Source of the DNA: Escherichia coli
Lineage (GTDB): Bacteria > Pseudomonadota > Gammaproteobacteria > Enterobacterales > Enterobacteriaceae
NCBI RefSeq assembly: GCF_050320075.1
Contig: NZ_CP190018.1
DNA: 64,000 bases
Reading direction: 5' to 3' (one strand)
In this document: piece by piece, positions 37,756 to 50,926 of the stretch
How positions within the stretch are numbered: position 1 is the stretch's first letter
Layout: each line of letters starts with the position of its first letter
The notes under the pieces: model-generated
What the model saw: the letters and a program-made list of their open reading frames with translations, nothing else
Database searches by the model: none
Told to the model about the DNA's origin: nothing
Position numbers and translations under genes: made by a program

Positions 37756-39279
37756 CTATATGATAACCTCATCAACATCTATTAAACCCCTCTCAGTGAC
37801 TTCAGAAAGCGACTGTATAGCCTCTGTAACGTTGTCTGAGGGGTTTTCTGTTATTGGTAAGGTGATTGCTTTACCGTTGTGAAAAGTTACTTTACAGCGA
37901 CGTTTAGCAGTATTTAAAACGACCTCTTTAACAGCACTTTTGATTATCAGTTGTGCTTCAATCCTTCCCGCCTTTGTAGTCAAGTCACAATCAGACAAAC
38001 AACCCACATCAATAGATTTAAGGCGTTGTGTCTCCTTCTCGATATCCGCATCAACTTGTGATAGCTCATTCTTTAGTTGTCTTAGTTTGCTGGTAATAGC
38101 GGACAAGTCTTCAATTTCAAGTGATAGCTGTACCAGCTTTTCAATATTGCTTGAGATGTGTTCACGGTGTAGCTTCAGTGTGTCTATGGTATTCGTCATA
38201 TCGCTATCAAATCGGTCAAGACGAGATAGCAGGGCAAGCAATGTACCATCGGTTTGCTTACGTGAAAGTCCTTTAGCACTACAACGGTTTTCATTACGAA
38301 GAGGACAACGATAAATCCCGTTTCTTGTATCGCTAAAGCCTGTGATAATCAAAGCATGACCACATTCAGAACAACGGATAACACCTTTGAAAAGATTCAC
38401 AGCCATTGGCTTATCTGAAGCAGGTTTTCTACCGTAACGAGCATATGATAGTTGTTGAACTTTGTAGAATGTTGTTTCATCTATAATTGCAGGATAATAA
38501 CCAGATATCTCCTCACAGCCTTTAGGTGTGAAGTAACCAATTACAGAGCGATTCTTCAAAAGGTCTTGCACTGAGGTTTGACCAAACTTACCTGCTTTGT
38601 ACTGGTTAAGCGTCTGGTGACCTTCAGCATTAAGAGTTCTGACAATCTCCCAGATAGACTTACCCTCTAACCGTAGCTGAAAGCACCTCTTCACAGTCTC
38701 CACTTTCTCAGGTATCACAGAGAAGCTTTTACGGTCATCATTAAGCTTAAGCCATGCAGGACAACGCCTAGAAATCTTGATACCAGCTTTAGCAGCTTCT
38801 TTCTTTGCATCCCATGCAGCTTGTATACGCTCAGCCTTACGTAATGATTCCTCATGCGCCCTTTGCATTATCAAAATGCTTTTAATCAGAGCTAACGGGT
38901 CTTTAAGAGATTCCCTTGTGTAATGTTCACCATCGGACAGGGTGACTACATCTACACCAGAGCGAAGAATGTTTCTGAGTAGCTCACTTGCTTGGTCTAC
39001 GTCCTGACGTGAGAGACGGTCTAAACTCTCGATTAGTAGTGTATCACCAGCTTTAACAAGCCCTTTCTCGATAGCGGTTAAAAAGTCACCTAAGCCACCT
39101 TTCAAGTGCTTACCAGTGAACCCGCTAACGCCTAAATCACGAAAAGTAAGGGATTCATCCAGATAGTACTCAGGATGAGCCTTAAGCCAATCAGTGACCA
39201 TCTTAGCCTGTCGTCTTAATGAGTCGCCTCTGGATTGCTTCTCAGATGAAAACCGGATGTAACTGATTGCACGTTTCAT
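37756..39279 (-). CDS. Large serine recombinase (integrase)
   Basis: 507 aa; N-terminal resolvase-type catalytic domain (YIRFSSEKQ with catalytic Ser), recombinase domain, Cys-rich zinc ribbon (CSECGH...YRCPLRNENRC), C-terminal coiled coil; adjacent to attR. Confidence 0.9.
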   Translation of the reverse strand: MKRAISYIRFSSEKQSRGDSLRRQAKMVTDWLKAHPEYYLDESLTFRDLGVSGFTGKHLKGGLGDFLTAIEKGLVKAGDTLLIESLDRLSRQDVDQASELLRNILRSGVDVVTLSDGEHYTRESLKDPLALIKSILIMQRAHEESLRKAERIQAAWDAKKEAAKAGIKISRRCPAWLKLNDDRKSFSVIPEKVETVKRCFQLRLEGKSIWEIVRTLNAEGHQTLNQYKAGKFGQTSVQDLLKNRSVIGYFTPKGCEEISGYYPAIIDETTFYKVQQLSYARYGRKPASDKPMAVNLFKGVIRCSECGHALIITGFSDTRNGIYRCPLRNENRCSAKGLSRKQTDGTLLALLSRLDRFDSDMTNTIDTLKLHREHISSNIEKLVQLSLEIEDLSAITSKLRQLKNELSQVDADIEKETQRLKSIDVGCLSDCDLTTKAGRIEAQLIIKSAVKEVVLNTAKRRCKVTFHNGKAITLPITENPSDNVTEAIQSLSEVTERGLIDVDEVII

Positions 39280-39346
39280 TGTTCACCTCACCAATAGCAG
39301 TTGGGCTTGTACCAACCCCTAGATTGTATCGCTTTAGATGGTGTAT

Positions 39347-39841
39347 TTAAACGTGTCTAATAAAAATCACCCGATTAACGCCGCGCTGATGTAAACCGCG
39401 ATTAAGCGTTTGTTCCTCTTCCCCTTTGGCGAAAAACTGTGGATGGCGGACTTCCACACCATAATTAAATTCGCCGGGAAGGGAATCGAGAAAATGCCAA
39501 AGCGCAGGCAGATCCCGTGGGCCAAATGTGGCAGGCAGTTGCAGCCAGTATTGCCCAATGCGCGGCGCTAACGGTGACATGCGGGTCAAAAATTCAGTCA
39601 CTAAATCATCGCAATGCCGTAATGCTGCCTGATGCGAAATGGTCGCCGGAAACTTAAAACAGAAGCGAAAATTATCTGTGGTCTGCTCACGCCAGCGCAG
39701 GACAACCTCGGATTTCGGCAGGGCGTAAAGCGTGGTGTTGCCCTCCACACAGTTAAAGTGGCGGGCATACTCTTCAAGGCTGGTGATCCCCAACCGCACC
39801 CATTTAGGATGCGACCATTGCGGCAGACCGATGTAAATCAT
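39347..39841 (-). pseudogene. yecE: yecE 5' fragment (N-terminal ~158 native codons, reads 6 codons into the insert before a stop)
   Basis: Translation [29 protein letters not shown]... (DUF72); 158 + 114 codons reconstitute a 272-aa protein. Confidence 0.85.
39363..39369. repeat. attR core (AAAATCA) of the yecE insertion
   Basis: Identical 7-mer to 27124-27130. Confidence 0.65.
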
Positions 39842-40404
39842 AATGCGTTGAGGATCTCTTCCACACTGCGCACACGGGCGATGCGTGGGTAGATATGGTT
39901 GATGCTGTTATTGTGCTGCTCGGCGCTGGCGGCGCTGCAGGCGTCTTCGGCAATCACCAGATTAAAACCGAGTTCCCAGGCATTGCGGGCGGTGGATTCA
40001 ACACCGATATTGGTCGAGATCCCACATAATACTATTGTATCGATACCCCGGCGGCGTAATTGCAACTCCAGATCTGTACCGTAAAACGCCCCCCACTGAC
40101 GTTTGATGATTTCGATATCACTGTCAGTTGCACCTAATGCAGCAGGATGTTGCCACCAGTTTTCGGGCAACACTTTAGCGGGGGAAGGGGCATCAACCGG
40201 CTGTTTTAATGCTTCGGCGTAATCGGCAGACCAGCCAACGCGCACCAGAAACACGGGCTGACCGCTGGCGCGAAATTTCACCGCCAGCTTCCCGGCGCGA
40301 TTAACCACCTCATCGGCAGTATGTGGACCTCCGGCAAAAGGTAAGATGCCTTCTTGTAAATCAATCACCACCAGCGCGGTGGTTTTAGCATTAAGTTCAA
40401 GCAT
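39838..40404 (-). CDS. yecD: Isochorismatase-family hydrolase YecD
   Basis: 188 aa from [20 protein letters not shown]...; overlaps yecE start (ATGA). Confidence 0.9.
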   Translation of the reverse strand: MLELNAKTTALVVIDLQEGILPFAGGPHTADEVVNRAGKLAVKFRASGQPVFLVRVGWSADYAEALKQPVDAPSPAKVLPENWWQHPAALGATDSDIEIIKRQWGAFYGTDLELQLRRRGIDTIVLCGISTNIGVESTARNAWELGFNLVIAEDACSAASAEQHNNSINHIYPRIARVRSVEEILNAL

Positions 40405-40713
40405 GATGACTCCTGACAAAACAAAATCGTGCCTCTCACCTTAATGCGATTAGCCGATGGCGGAACGACAAATTTTGTTAATTTTTATGAGTTCGGGCAA
40501 CACCTTTATAGCAAACTGGCGTAGAGTCTGATTTCAGGCCCGATATAAAGTGGTAACGAGGCGTTCCAGCGCGGGCCAGACTCTTACGGTGCGGCAGAAT
40601 TTCCAGTATAATAGCCGCCTTTTTTCATTCAGTTGTGACATACAGCTAACGCTGCGACTTGGTCACCTGCGCAGCAGGGGGCATCCGCCGGCAGCTAAGT
40701 TAAGGGATATCTC

Positions 40714-42486
40714 ATGCGTACAGAATATTGTGGACAGCTCCGTTTGTCCCACGTGGGGCAGCAGGTGACTCTGTGTGGTTGGGTCAACCGTCGTCGTGAT
40801 CTTGGTAGCCTGATCTTCATCGATATGCGCGACCGCGAAGGTATCGTGCAGGTATTTTTCGATCCGGATCGTGCGGACGCGTTAAAGCTGGCCTCTGAAC
40901 TGCGTAATGAGTTCTGCATTCAGGTCACGGGCACCGTACGTGCGCGTGACGAAAAAAATATTAACCGCGATATGGCGACTGGCGAAATCGAAGTACTGGC
41001 GTCCTCGCTGACTATCATCAACCGTGCAGATGTTCTGCCGCTTGACTCTAACCACGTCAACACCGAAGAAGCGCGTCTGAAATACCGCTACCTCGACCTG
41101 CGTCGCCCGGAAATGGCTCAGCGCCTGAAAACCCGCGCTAAAATCACCAGCCTGGTGCGCCGTTTTATGGATGACCACGGCTTCCTCGACATCGAAACTC
41201 CGATGCTGACCAAAGCCACGCCGGAAGGCGCGCGTGACTACCTGGTGCCTTCTCGTGTGCACAAAGGTAAATTCTACGCACTGCCGCAATCCCCACAGTT
41301 GTTCAAACAGCTGCTGATGATGTCCGGCTTTGACCGTTACTATCAGATCGTTAAATGCTTCCGTGACGAAGACCTGCGCGCTGATCGTCAGCCTGAATTT
41401 ACTCAGATCGATGTGGAAACTTCTTTCATGACCGCGCCGCAAGTGCGTGAAGTGATGGAAGCGCTGGTGCGTCATCTGTGGCTGGAAGTGAAGGGCGTGG
41501 ATCTGGGCGATTTCCCGATAATGACCTTTGCGGAAGCAGAACGCCGTTATGGTTCTGATAAACCGGATCTGCGTAACCCGATGGAACTGACTGACGTTGC
41601 CGATCTGCTGAAATCTGTTGAATTTGCAGTATTTGCAGGTCCGGCGAACAATCCGAAAGGGCGCGTTGCCGCTCTGCGTGTTCCGGGTGGCGCATCGCTG
41701 ACCCGTAAGCAGATCGACGAATACGGTAACTTCGTTAAAATCTACGGCGCGAAAGGTCTGGCTTACATCAAAGTTAACGAACGCGCGAAAGGTCTGGAAG
41801 GTATCAACAGCCCGGTAGCGAAGTTCCTTAATGCAGAAATCATCGAAGCCATCCTGGATCGTACTGCCGCGCAAGATGGCGATATGATTTTCTTCGGTGC
41901 CGACAACAAGAAAATTGTTGCCGACGCGATGGGCGCACTGCGCCTGAAAGTGGGTAAAGACCTTGGTCTGACCGACGAAAGCAAATGGGCACCGCTGTGG
42001 GTTATCGATTTCCCGATGTTTGAAGACGACGGTGAAGGCGGCCTGACGGCAATGCACCATCCGTTCACCTCACCGAAAGACATGACTGCTGCAGAACTGA
42101 AAGCTGCACCAGAAAATGCGGTGGCGAACGCTTACGATATGGTCATCAATGGTTACGAAGTGGGCGGTGGTTCTGTGCGTATCCATAATGGTGATATGCA
42201 GCAGACGGTGTTTGGTATTCTGGGTATCAACGAAGAGGAACAGCGCGAGAAATTCGGCTTCCTGCTCGACGCCCTGAAATACGGTACTCCGCCGCACGCA
42301 GGTCTGGCATTCGGTCTTGACCGTCTGACGATGCTGCTGACCGGCACCGACAATATCCGTGACGTTATCGCCTTCCCGAAAACCACGGCGGCGGCGTGTC
42401 TGATGACTGAAGCACCGAGCTTTGCTAACCCGACTGCACTGGCTGAGCTGAGCATTCAGGTTGTGAAGAAGGCAGAGAATAACTGA
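40714..42486 (+). CDS. aspS: Aspartate--tRNA ligase
   Basis: 590 aa [31 protein letters not shown]...; class II aaRS. Confidence 0.97.
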   Translation: MRTEYCGQLRLSHVGQQVTLCGWVNRRRDLGSLIFIDMRDREGIVQVFFDPDRADALKLASELRNEFCIQVTGTVRARDEKNINRDMATGEIEVLASSLTIINRADVLPLDSNHVNTEEARLKYRYLDLRRPEMAQRLKTRAKITSLVRRFMDDHGFLDIETPMLTKATPEGARDYLVPSRVHKGKFYALPQSPQLFKQLLMMSGFDRYYQIVKCFRDEDLRADRQPEFTQIDVETSFMTAPQVREVMEALVRHLWLEVKGVDLGDFPIMTFAEAERRYGSDKPDLRNPMELTDVADLLKSVEFAVFAGPANNPKGRVAALRVPGGASLTRKQIDEYGNFVKIYGAKGLAYIKVNERAKGLEGINSPVAKFLNAEIIEAILDRTAAQDGDMIFFGADNKKIVADAMGALRLKVGKDLGLTDESKWAPLWVIDFPMFEDDGEGGLTAMHHPFTSPKDMTAAELKAAPENAVANAYDMVINGYEVGGGSVRIHNGDMQQTVFGILGINEEEQREKFGFLLDALKYGTPPHAGLAFGLDRLTMLLTGTDNIRDVIAFPKTTAAACLMTEAPSFANPTALAELSIQVVKKAENN

Positions 42487-42603
42487 TATGACTCAAATAC
42501 ACGAAATCATTCGCGTTGCATCGAGGCGGCAACTGAGTGAACTCCCATGAGCATAGATAACTATGTGAATGGGATGAGCGAAGGCAGTCAACGAAGAGGC
42601 AGC

Positions 42604-43056
42604 GTGAAGGATAAAGTGTATAAGCGTCCCGTTTCGATCTTAGTGGTCATCTATGCGCAAGATACGAAACGGGTGCTGATGTTGCAGCGGCGTGACGATC
42701 CCGATTTCTGGCAGTCGGTAACCGGCAGCGTGGAAGAGGGTGAAACCGCGCCGCAAGCTGCCATGCGCGAAGTAAAGGAAGAGGTCACCATCGATGTTGT
42801 CGCTGAACAACTGACCTTAATTGACTGTCAGCGCACGGTAGAATTTGAAATTTTTTCACATTTACGTCATCGCTATGCGCCGGGCGTGACGCGTAATACG
42901 GAATCATGGTTCTGTCTTGCGCTCCCGCACGAACGCCAGGTCGTCTTCACTGAACATCTGGCCTACAAGTGGCTTGATGCGCCTGCTGCGGCGGCGCTCA
43001 CTAAGTCCTGGAGCAACCGGCAGGCGATTGAACAGTTTGTAATTAACGCTGCCTGA
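42604..43056 (+). CDS. nudB: Dihydroneopterin triphosphate diphosphatase NudB (GTG start)
   Basis: 150 aa from (V)[19 protein letters not shown]...; Nudix box [21 protein letters not shown]. Confidence 0.9.
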
Positions 43057-43084
43057 ACAGGCAGGGCTATCTGGAGATATTTTT

Positions 43085-43825
43085 ATGGCAGGTCATAGTA
43101 AATGGGCCAACACCAGACATCGTAAAGCTGCGCAGGATGCTAAGCGCGGTAAAATCTTCACTAAAATCATTCGTGAGCTGGTAACCGCGGCTAAGCTGGG
43201 CGGTGGTGACCCGGACGCTAACCCGCGTCTGCGTGCAGCAATTGATAAAGCATTGTCTAACAACATGACCCGTGACACTCTGAACCGCGCAATTGCACGT
43301 GGTGTGGGCGGTGATGATGATGCAAACATGGAAACCATCATCTACGAAGGTTACGGTCCTGGCGGCACGGCAATCATGATTGAATGTCTGTCTGACAACC
43401 GCAACCGTACCGTTGCTGAAGTGCGTCATGCATTCAGCAAATGTGGTGGTAACCTCGGTACTGATGGTTCCGTAGCCTATCTGTTCAGCAAAAAAGGCGT
43501 GATCTCCTTCGAGAAAGGCGATGAAGACACCATCATGGAAGCAGCTCTGGAAGCGGGTGCTGAAGACGTTGTGACCTATGATGACGGCGCGATTGACGTC
43601 TACACTGCATGGGAAGAAATGGGTAAAGTACGCGACGCTCTGGAAGCGGCAGGTCTGAAAGCAGACAGCGCGGAAGTTTCCATGATCCCGTCCACCAAAG
43701 CTGATATGGATGCTGAAACCGCACCGAAACTGATGCGTCTGATCGATATGCTGGAAGATTGCGACGACGTGCAGGAAGTCTACCATAACGGTGAAATCTC
43801 CGATGAGGTTGCAGCGACTCTCTGA
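43085..43825 (+). CDS. yebC: YebC/PmpR-family transcriptional regulator
   Basis: 246 aa [27 protein letters not shown]... Confidence 0.95.
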
Positions 43826-43859
43826 TGGGGCCTGCTAAACAGCAAAACGGAGACGCGTG

Positions 43860-44381
43860 ATGGCTATTATTCTCGGCATTGACCCGGGTTCGCGCGTGAC
43901 CGGCTATGGCGTCATCCGCCAGGTAGGCAGGCAACTCTCCTACCTGGGTAGCGGATGCATACGCACCAAAGTGGATGATTTACCGTCTCGTCTGAAGCTC
44001 ATCTATGCGGGCGTGACGGAAATCATCACCCAGTTCGAGCCTGATTATTTCGCCATTGAACAAGTCTTTATGGCGAAGAACGCTGACTCAGCCCTGAAAC
44101 TGGGTCAGGCGCGCGGCGTGGCGATTGTGGCGGCGGTGAATCAGGAATTGCCGGTATTTGAATATGCGGCACGTCAGGTAAAGCAAACGGTGGTAGGTAT
44201 TGGTAGTGCTGAAAAAAGCCAGGTGCAGCATATGGTCCGCACCTTGCTGAAACTGCCCGCTAATCCACAGGCGGATGCTGCCGATGCATTAGCTATCGCG
44301 ATTACCCATTGTCACGTCAGTCAGAATGCGATGCAGATGAGCGAATCGCGGCTGAACCTGGCGAGAGGGCGACTGCGTTAA
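43860..44381 (+). CDS. ruvC: Holliday junction resolvase RuvC
   Basis: 173 aa from [18 protein letters not shown]... Confidence 0.95.
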   Translation: MAIILGIDPGSRVTGYGVIRQVGRQLSYLGSGCIRTKVDDLPSRLKLIYAGVTEIITQFEPDYFAIEQVFMAKNADSALKLGQARGVAIVAAVNQELPVFEYAARQVKQTVVGIGSAEKSQVQHMVRTLLKLPANPQADAADALAIAITHCHVSQNAMQMSESRLNLARGRLR

Positions 44382-44382
44382 G

Positions 44383-44985
44383 TTATACCGCCTCGGTCAG
44401 TTCCGGCTGAGGCGTTTCCACTCCCTCCGCATGAATCAACACCAAACCCGGATGATGCCACAAACTGGCTGGCGTGACGGTTTTACGCTCCCACGGAATA
44501 GAACCCAGGAACCAGAATTTCCAGAAAGTGAGTTTTGCATTCGGATTGCTATTTAACAATTCTCCAAACGTCTCTATTTCACCCACCGGAATACATAGCG
44601 CCTCTTTATAAATATCAAAAACAAATTTTGAACAGAACTGGCGCGAAGATTCGTATTTAAAACCGGTGTGGTAAAGTTTGCGTAGCCGGGAGGGAACCTG
44701 TTCAACAATTCGTTGTTTTTGTTGTTCTGTCAGCCCAGCGTCTAATCGCTTTATAGCATAGCGTTGATTAGACGAACGTTTAATAAAACGAGATAGCGTG
44801 GTGATGGTTGAAAGGGGAACCCGGCTTTCTGCAACCAGGAAGTCTTCACCGTTATGACCGATAATGATCCCGACGTGATTACTCCAGCAATTTGATGCAG
44901 CTGATATTTGACCAAATAAGGCAGCACCTATACATGTAAAGACGATATCTCCAATTTCATATTCAGCAGGGTAATTAATATTCAC
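44383..44985 (-). CDS. yebB: YebB (DUF830 family), GTG start
   Basis: 200 aa from (V)[19 protein letters not shown]...; ORF-track start at 45084 is an upstream extension. Confidence 0.8.
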   Translation of the reverse strand: MNINYPAEYEIGDIVFTCIGAALFGQISAASNCWSNHVGIIIGHNGEDFLVAESRVPLSTITTLSRFIKRSSNQRYAIKRLDAGLTEQQKQRIVEQVPSRLRKLYHTGFKYESSRQFCSKFVFDIYKEALCIPVGEIETFGELLNSNPNAKLTFWKFWFLGSIPWERKTVTPASLWHHPGLVLIHAEGVETPQPELTEAV

Positions 44986-45192
44986 GTTGTCATTCCATTG
45001 AAATAGATACGAATATACGTAATAGCATAAAAAATTTATTTTTTCAGGAGGCGCAATGTATATTTTTATTACGCATTTCTTCACTGAATATGTAATATTA
45101 AAATATTTGCTTCCAATATAACCTGTAGAACAAATTATACTGTGCCATTTTTCAGATCATCGGGACACCTCGCAAGTTTTCTTCATCCTTCG

Positions 45193-45208
45193 CTGGATAT
45201 CTATCCAG
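45193..45208. promoter_or_regulatory. LexA (SOS) box upstream of ruvAB: CTG-N10-CAG
   Basis: CGCTGGATATCTATCCAGCA, palindromic, ~55 bp upstream of ruvA start; ruvAB is SOS-regulated. Confidence 0.8.
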
Positions 45209-45259
45209 CATTTTTTTATCATACAGCATTATCTTTGATTCATTACGCAGGAGCGTCAT

Positions 45260-45871
45260 GTGATAGGCAGACTCAGAGGCATCATCATTGAAAAACAACC
45301 CCCGCTGGTGTTAATTGAAGTGGGCGGCGTAGGCTATGAAGTGCATATGCCGATGACCTGTTTTTATGAACTCCCTGAAGCGGGTCAGGAAGCGATCGTT
45401 TTCACCCACTTTGTGGTGCGTGAAGACGCGCAACTGCTGTACGGTTTTAACAATAAACAAGAGCGCACATTGTTCAAAGAGTTGATCAAAACCAACGGCG
45501 TCGGCCCGAAGTTAGCGCTGGCGATCCTCTCCGGAATGTCAGCGCAGCAGTTCGTTAATGCCGTTGAGCGTGAAGAAGTGGGGGCACTGGTGAAACTGCC
45601 GGGTATTGGCAAAAAAACCGCCGAACGCTTGATTGTTGAAATGAAAGACCGATTTAAAGGTTTGCATGGCGATCTCTTTACGCCAGCCGCCGACCTGGTA
45701 CTCACGTCTCCTGCCAGCCCGGCGACCGACGATGCTGAACAAGAAGCGGTTGCCGCGCTGGTGGCGCTGGGCTATAAACCACAAGAAGCAAGCCGCATGG
45801 TGAGCAAAATCGCTCGCCCTGACGCCAGCAGTGAAACATTAATTCGCGAAGCCCTACGCGCCGCGTTATGA
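45260..45871 (+). CDS. ruvA: Holliday junction branch migration protein RuvA (GTG start)
   Basis: 203 aa [28 protein letters not shown]... Confidence 0.95.
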   Translation: MIGRLRGIIIEKQPPLVLIEVGGVGYEVHMPMTCFYELPEAGQEAIVFTHFVVREDAQLLYGFNNKQERTLFKELIKTNGVGPKLALAILSGMSAQQFVNAVEREEVGALVKLPGIGKKTAERLIVEMKDRFKGLHGDLFTPAADLVLTSPASPATDDAEQEAVAALVALGYKPQEASRMVSKIARPDASSETLIREALRAAL

Positions 45872-45876
45872 GGTAA

Positions 45877-46890
<1,014 letters not shown>

Positions 46891-46894
46891 GTCG

Positions 46895-47035
46895 GATCGG
46901 TCGCTCGCGGCGCATCCGACACTGGCAGTGTTGCCTGATGCGCCGCTATTCGCGTCTTATCAGGCATATACCAGAGATAGCGAACCACAGGTCGGATAAG
47001 GCGCTCGCGCCGCATCCGACAAATGTGTTCAGCGA
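46895..47035. repeat. REP/BIME cluster between ruvB and znuB
   Basis: Multiple copies of GCCTGATGCG / CGCATCCGACA-type REP palindromes. Confidence 0.75.
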
Positions 47036-47039
47036 AAGA

Positions 47040-47825
47040 TTAGCTGGCCTGTTTTTTCATCATACTGAGAATAAATAACAGTGCCGCGCATAGCACCACC
47101 GACGGGCCTGCTGGTGTATCGTAAAATGCGGAAAAGGTTAAACCGCCAGTCACTGCCACCATCCCCACCAAAACAGCGACACCTGCCATCTGTTCCGGCG
47201 TGCGGGCAAAGCGACGTGCAGTAGCAGCAGGAATAATTAGCAACGAAGTAATAATCAACGCGCCGACAAATTTCATCGCTACACCAATCGTCAATGCCGT
47301 CACCAGCATCAACAACAATTTCACGCGCTGTAATTTCACACCATCAACAAACGCCAGATCCGGGCTAATCGTCATCGACAGCAAATTGCGCCATTGCCAG
47401 AACAAAATCGCCACCACGATGACCACGCCAATTGCAATAGAGATGAGATCTTCTGGCGTCACTGCCAGCAAATCACCGAACAGGTAAGCCATCAAATCAA
47501 CACGAATATTAGACATCAGACTAACGACCACCAGGCCCAGCGACAGGGCACTGTGCGCCATTATCCCTAATAACGTGTCGATCGCCAGCTGTGGACGCTT
47601 CTCCAGCCATACCAGACCGCCCGCCAGCAGCAGCGTAACTGCAATCACCGCATAGAATGGATTCACGTCCAGCAACAAACCAAACGCGACACCAAGTAAT
47701 GAGGCATGGGCCAGCGTATCACCGAAATAAGACATACGACGCCAGACCACAAACGAACCCAGCGGACCCGCGGCACAGGCGAGCATGATCCCGGCTAACC
47801 AACCGGGAAATAATAATTCAATCAT
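47040..47825 (-). CDS. znuB: Zinc ABC transporter permease ZnuB
   Basis: 261-aa polytopic membrane protein; overlaps znuC stop. Confidence 0.93.
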
Positions 47826-48577
47826 GAGCGATCATTTCCCCGACGCAAAACAATTCGTCCCTGTAAATCGTGACGATGATTATGATGATGGCGATAGATA
47901 CCCAGTTGTTCAGCACCACGAGGACCAAACATAGAAATAAACTCCGGATGCAGGGAAACAACTTCCGGTGTACCGGAACAACAAATGTGGTGATTCAGGC
48001 AAAGCACTTCATCGGTTTTTGCCATTACCAGATGCAGATCGTGAGAGACCATTAAAACGCCACAATCCAGTTCGCGACGCAACTGGTCAATAAGGTCATA
48101 TAACGCCACCTGACCATTCACATCCACGCCCTGAGTGGGTTCATCCAGCACTAATAATTGCGGTCGATTTAACAATGCTCGCGCTAACAATACACGCTGT
48201 GTTTCGCCACCCGAGAGCTTTTGCATCGGTGCGTTAATCAGATGCCCGGCCTGGACACGTTTCAGTGCAGGCAAAATATCTTCTTTATGTGTGCCAGGGC
48301 GTAAGCGTAAAAAACGGTTTACGGTAAGTGGCAACGTGGTGTCGAGATACAGCTTCTGCGGTACATAGCCGATGCGCAGTTTTCCGTTGCGCTTGATAAC
48401 CCCTTCATCGGGTGTTACCAGCCCGAGCACTACCCGTACCAGTGTCGACTTACCTGCGCCATTTGGCCCAAGTAAAGTCAAAATTTTTCCAGGTTTAAGT
48501 TCCAGCGACACATCAGAGAGGACGCGGCGTTGGCCAAAAGAAACCGAGACATTTTCCAGGGAAACCAGACTTGTCAT
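47822..48577 (-). CDS. znuC: Zinc ABC transporter ATP-binding protein ZnuC
   Basis: 251 aa; Walker [10 protein letters not shown] and ABC signature LSGGETQR. Confidence 0.95.
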
Positions 48578-48602
48578 GTTAATTTTAGTCTTGCAGTAGT
48601 CA

Positions 48603-48625
48603 TGAAATGTTATAATATCACACTT
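48603..48625. promoter_or_regulatory. Zur box in the divergent znuC/znuA promoter region
   Basis: TGAAATGTTATAATATCACACTT, palindromic AT-rich motif matching the Zur operator between znuA and znuCB. Confidence 0.8.
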
Positions 48626-48655
48626 CTCATATTCATTACGATGATTGGTCGCATT

Positions 48656-49588
48656 ATGTTACATAAAAAAACGCTTCTTTTCGCAGCATTATCCGCCGCT
48701 CTCTGGGGCGGTGCAACACAGGCCGCAGATGCTGCCGTTGTCGCTTCGCTTAAACCCGTTGGGTTCATCGCTTCTGCCATTGCTGATGGGGTAACAGAAA
48801 CGGAGGTTTTACTACCTGACGGCGCTTCAGAACATGATTATTCACTGCGTCCATCAGATGTAAAACGCTTACAGAACGCGGACTTAGTCGTTTGGGTTGG
48901 CCCGGAGATGGAAGCGTTCATGCAAAAACCGGTAAGTAAATTACCTGAAGCGAAACAGGTAACGATTGCGCAGCTAGAGAATGTGAAACCGCTGCTGATG
49001 AAAAGTATTCACGGCGATGATGATGATCACGACCACGCGGAAAAAAGTGACGAAGATCACCATCACGGCGATTTCAACATGCATCTTTGGCTTTCCCCAG
49101 AGATAGCGCGGGCTACAGCGGTTGCAATCCATGGAAAATTAGTGGAACTTATGCCGCAAAGTCGAGCCAAACTTGACGCCAACCTGAAGGATTTTGAGGC
49201 ACAATTAGCCTCAACCGAAAAGCAGGTTGGTAACGAGCTCGCGCCGCTCAAGGGGAAAGGTTATTTCGTTTTTCACGATGCTTACGGCTATTTCGAAAAA
49301 CAGTTCGGACTGACACCGCTTGGTCATTTTACCGTTAACCCTGAGATTCAACCTGGCGCGCAGCGTTTACATGAAATAAGAACACAGTTGGTTGAGCAAA
49401 AAGCAACCTGCGTTTTTGCTGAGCCACAGTTCAGGCCAGCGGTCGTTGAGAGCGTCGCACGAGGGACATCCGTTCGTATGGGAACGTTGGATCCCCTGGG
49501 GACGAATATCAAACTGGGTAAAACAAGCTATTCAGAATTCCTGAATCAATTAGCCAACCAGTATGCGAGCTGCCTGAAAGGAGATTAA
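48656..49588 (+). CDS. znuA: Zinc ABC transporter periplasmic binding protein ZnuA
   Basis: 310 aa from [23 protein letters not shown] (signal peptide); His/Asp-rich loop; ORF-track start at 48530 is an upstream extension. Confidence 0.93.
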
Positions 49589-49603
49589 TGAGGAAGTGAT
49601 TAC

Positions 49604-50926
49604 GTGCAACAGATAGCCCGCTCTGTCGCCCTGGCGTTTAATAATTTACCGCGACCACACCGCGTTATGTTGGGGTCGCTCACCGTTCTTACTCTGGCCG
49701 TCGCTGTCTGGCGGCCCTATGTTTATCACCGCGATGCCACGCCAATTGTCAAAACCATTGAGCTGGAACAGAACGAAATTCGTTCGCTCTTACCTGAAGC
49801 CAGTGAGCCGATTGATCAAGCTGCACAAGAAGATGAAGCCATTCCCCAGGATGAACTGGATGACAAAATCGCCGGTGAAGCGGGCGTGCATGAATATGTT
49901 GTTTCCACTGGCGATACGCTAAGCAGCATTCTCAATCAGTATGGTATTGATATGGGTGATATCACCCAACTGGCTGCTGCCGACAAAGAATTGCGTAACC
50001 TGAAAATCGGTCAACAACTCTCCTGGACATTAACCGCGGACGGCGAACTGCAGCGCCTCACCTGGGAAGTGTCTCGTCGTGAAACCCGAACCTATGACCG
50101 TACTGCCGCTAACGGTTTTAAAATGACCAGCGAAATGCAGCAAGGAGAGTGGGTCAACAATCTGCTGAAAGGTACCGTCGGGGGAAGCTTTGTTGCCAGC
50201 GCCAGAAACGCCGGTTTAACCAGCGCCGAAGTGAGCGCAGTGATTAAAGCCATGCAGTGGCAAATGGATTTCCGCAAACTGAAAAAAGGCGATGAATTTG
50301 CGGTGTTAATGTCACGAGAAATGCTTGATGGTAAACGTGAGCAAAGCCAACTGCTGGGCGTACGTTTGCGTTCAGAAGGTAAAGATTATTACGCAATCCG
50401 CGCTGAAGATGGCAAATTCTATGATCGTAACGGTACTGGTCTGGCGAAAGGATTCTTGCGATTCCCGACGGCGAAACAGTTCCGTATCTCGTCTAACTTT
50501 AACCCGCGTCGTACTAATCCGGTGACTGGTCGTGTTGCGCCACACAGAGGTGTTGATTTCGCCATGCCACAGGGTACGCCGGTGCTTTCAGTGGGTGACG
50601 GTGAAGTGGTGGTTGCCAAACGCAGTGGCGCAGCAGGTTATTATGTGGCTATTCGTCATGGTCGCAGCTACACCACGCGTTATATGCACTTGCGCAAGAT
50701 TCTGGTGAAACCGGGACAGAAGGTGAAACGTGGCGACCGTATCGCGCTTTCCGGTAATACCGGACGTTCAACCGGGCCGCATCTGCACTATGAAGTATGG
50801 ATAAACCAGCAGGCCGTAAACCCGCTGACGGCAAAACTGCCGCGTACCGAAGGGCTGACCGGCTCCGATCGTCGCGAATTCCTGGCGCAGGCCAAAGAGA
50901 TTGTGCCGCAGCTACGGTTTGATTAA
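49604..50926 (+). CDS. mepM: Murein DD-endopeptidase MepM (YebA), M23 peptidase with LysM (GTG start)
   Basis: 440 aa; LysM-like segment and M23 motifs (HRGVDFA...[14 protein letters not shown]). Confidence 0.93.

Larger units (their letters stand above)
27124..39369. mobile_element. Integrated phage-like / satellite-like element (~12.2 kb) inserted in yecE, with a large serine recombinase
   Basis: Precise interruption of yecE; 7-bp direct repeat AAAATCA at both junctions; AT-rich by inspection; recombinase gene next to the right junction; phage-type genes (Dam MTase, initiator with iterons, HNH-like, tape-measure-like). Confidence 0.85.

Noticed and set aside
27124-39369. The yecE insert considered as an Stx-converting or complete lambdoid prophage
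   Set aside because: Only 12.2 kb with no stx, Q/antiterminator, lysis, capsid or terminase genes recognisable; only the insertion site resembles such phages.
40882-42060. 392-aa ORF on the minus strand
   Set aside because: Antisense to aspS, which has an unambiguous aspartyl-tRNA synthetase translation; shadow ORF.
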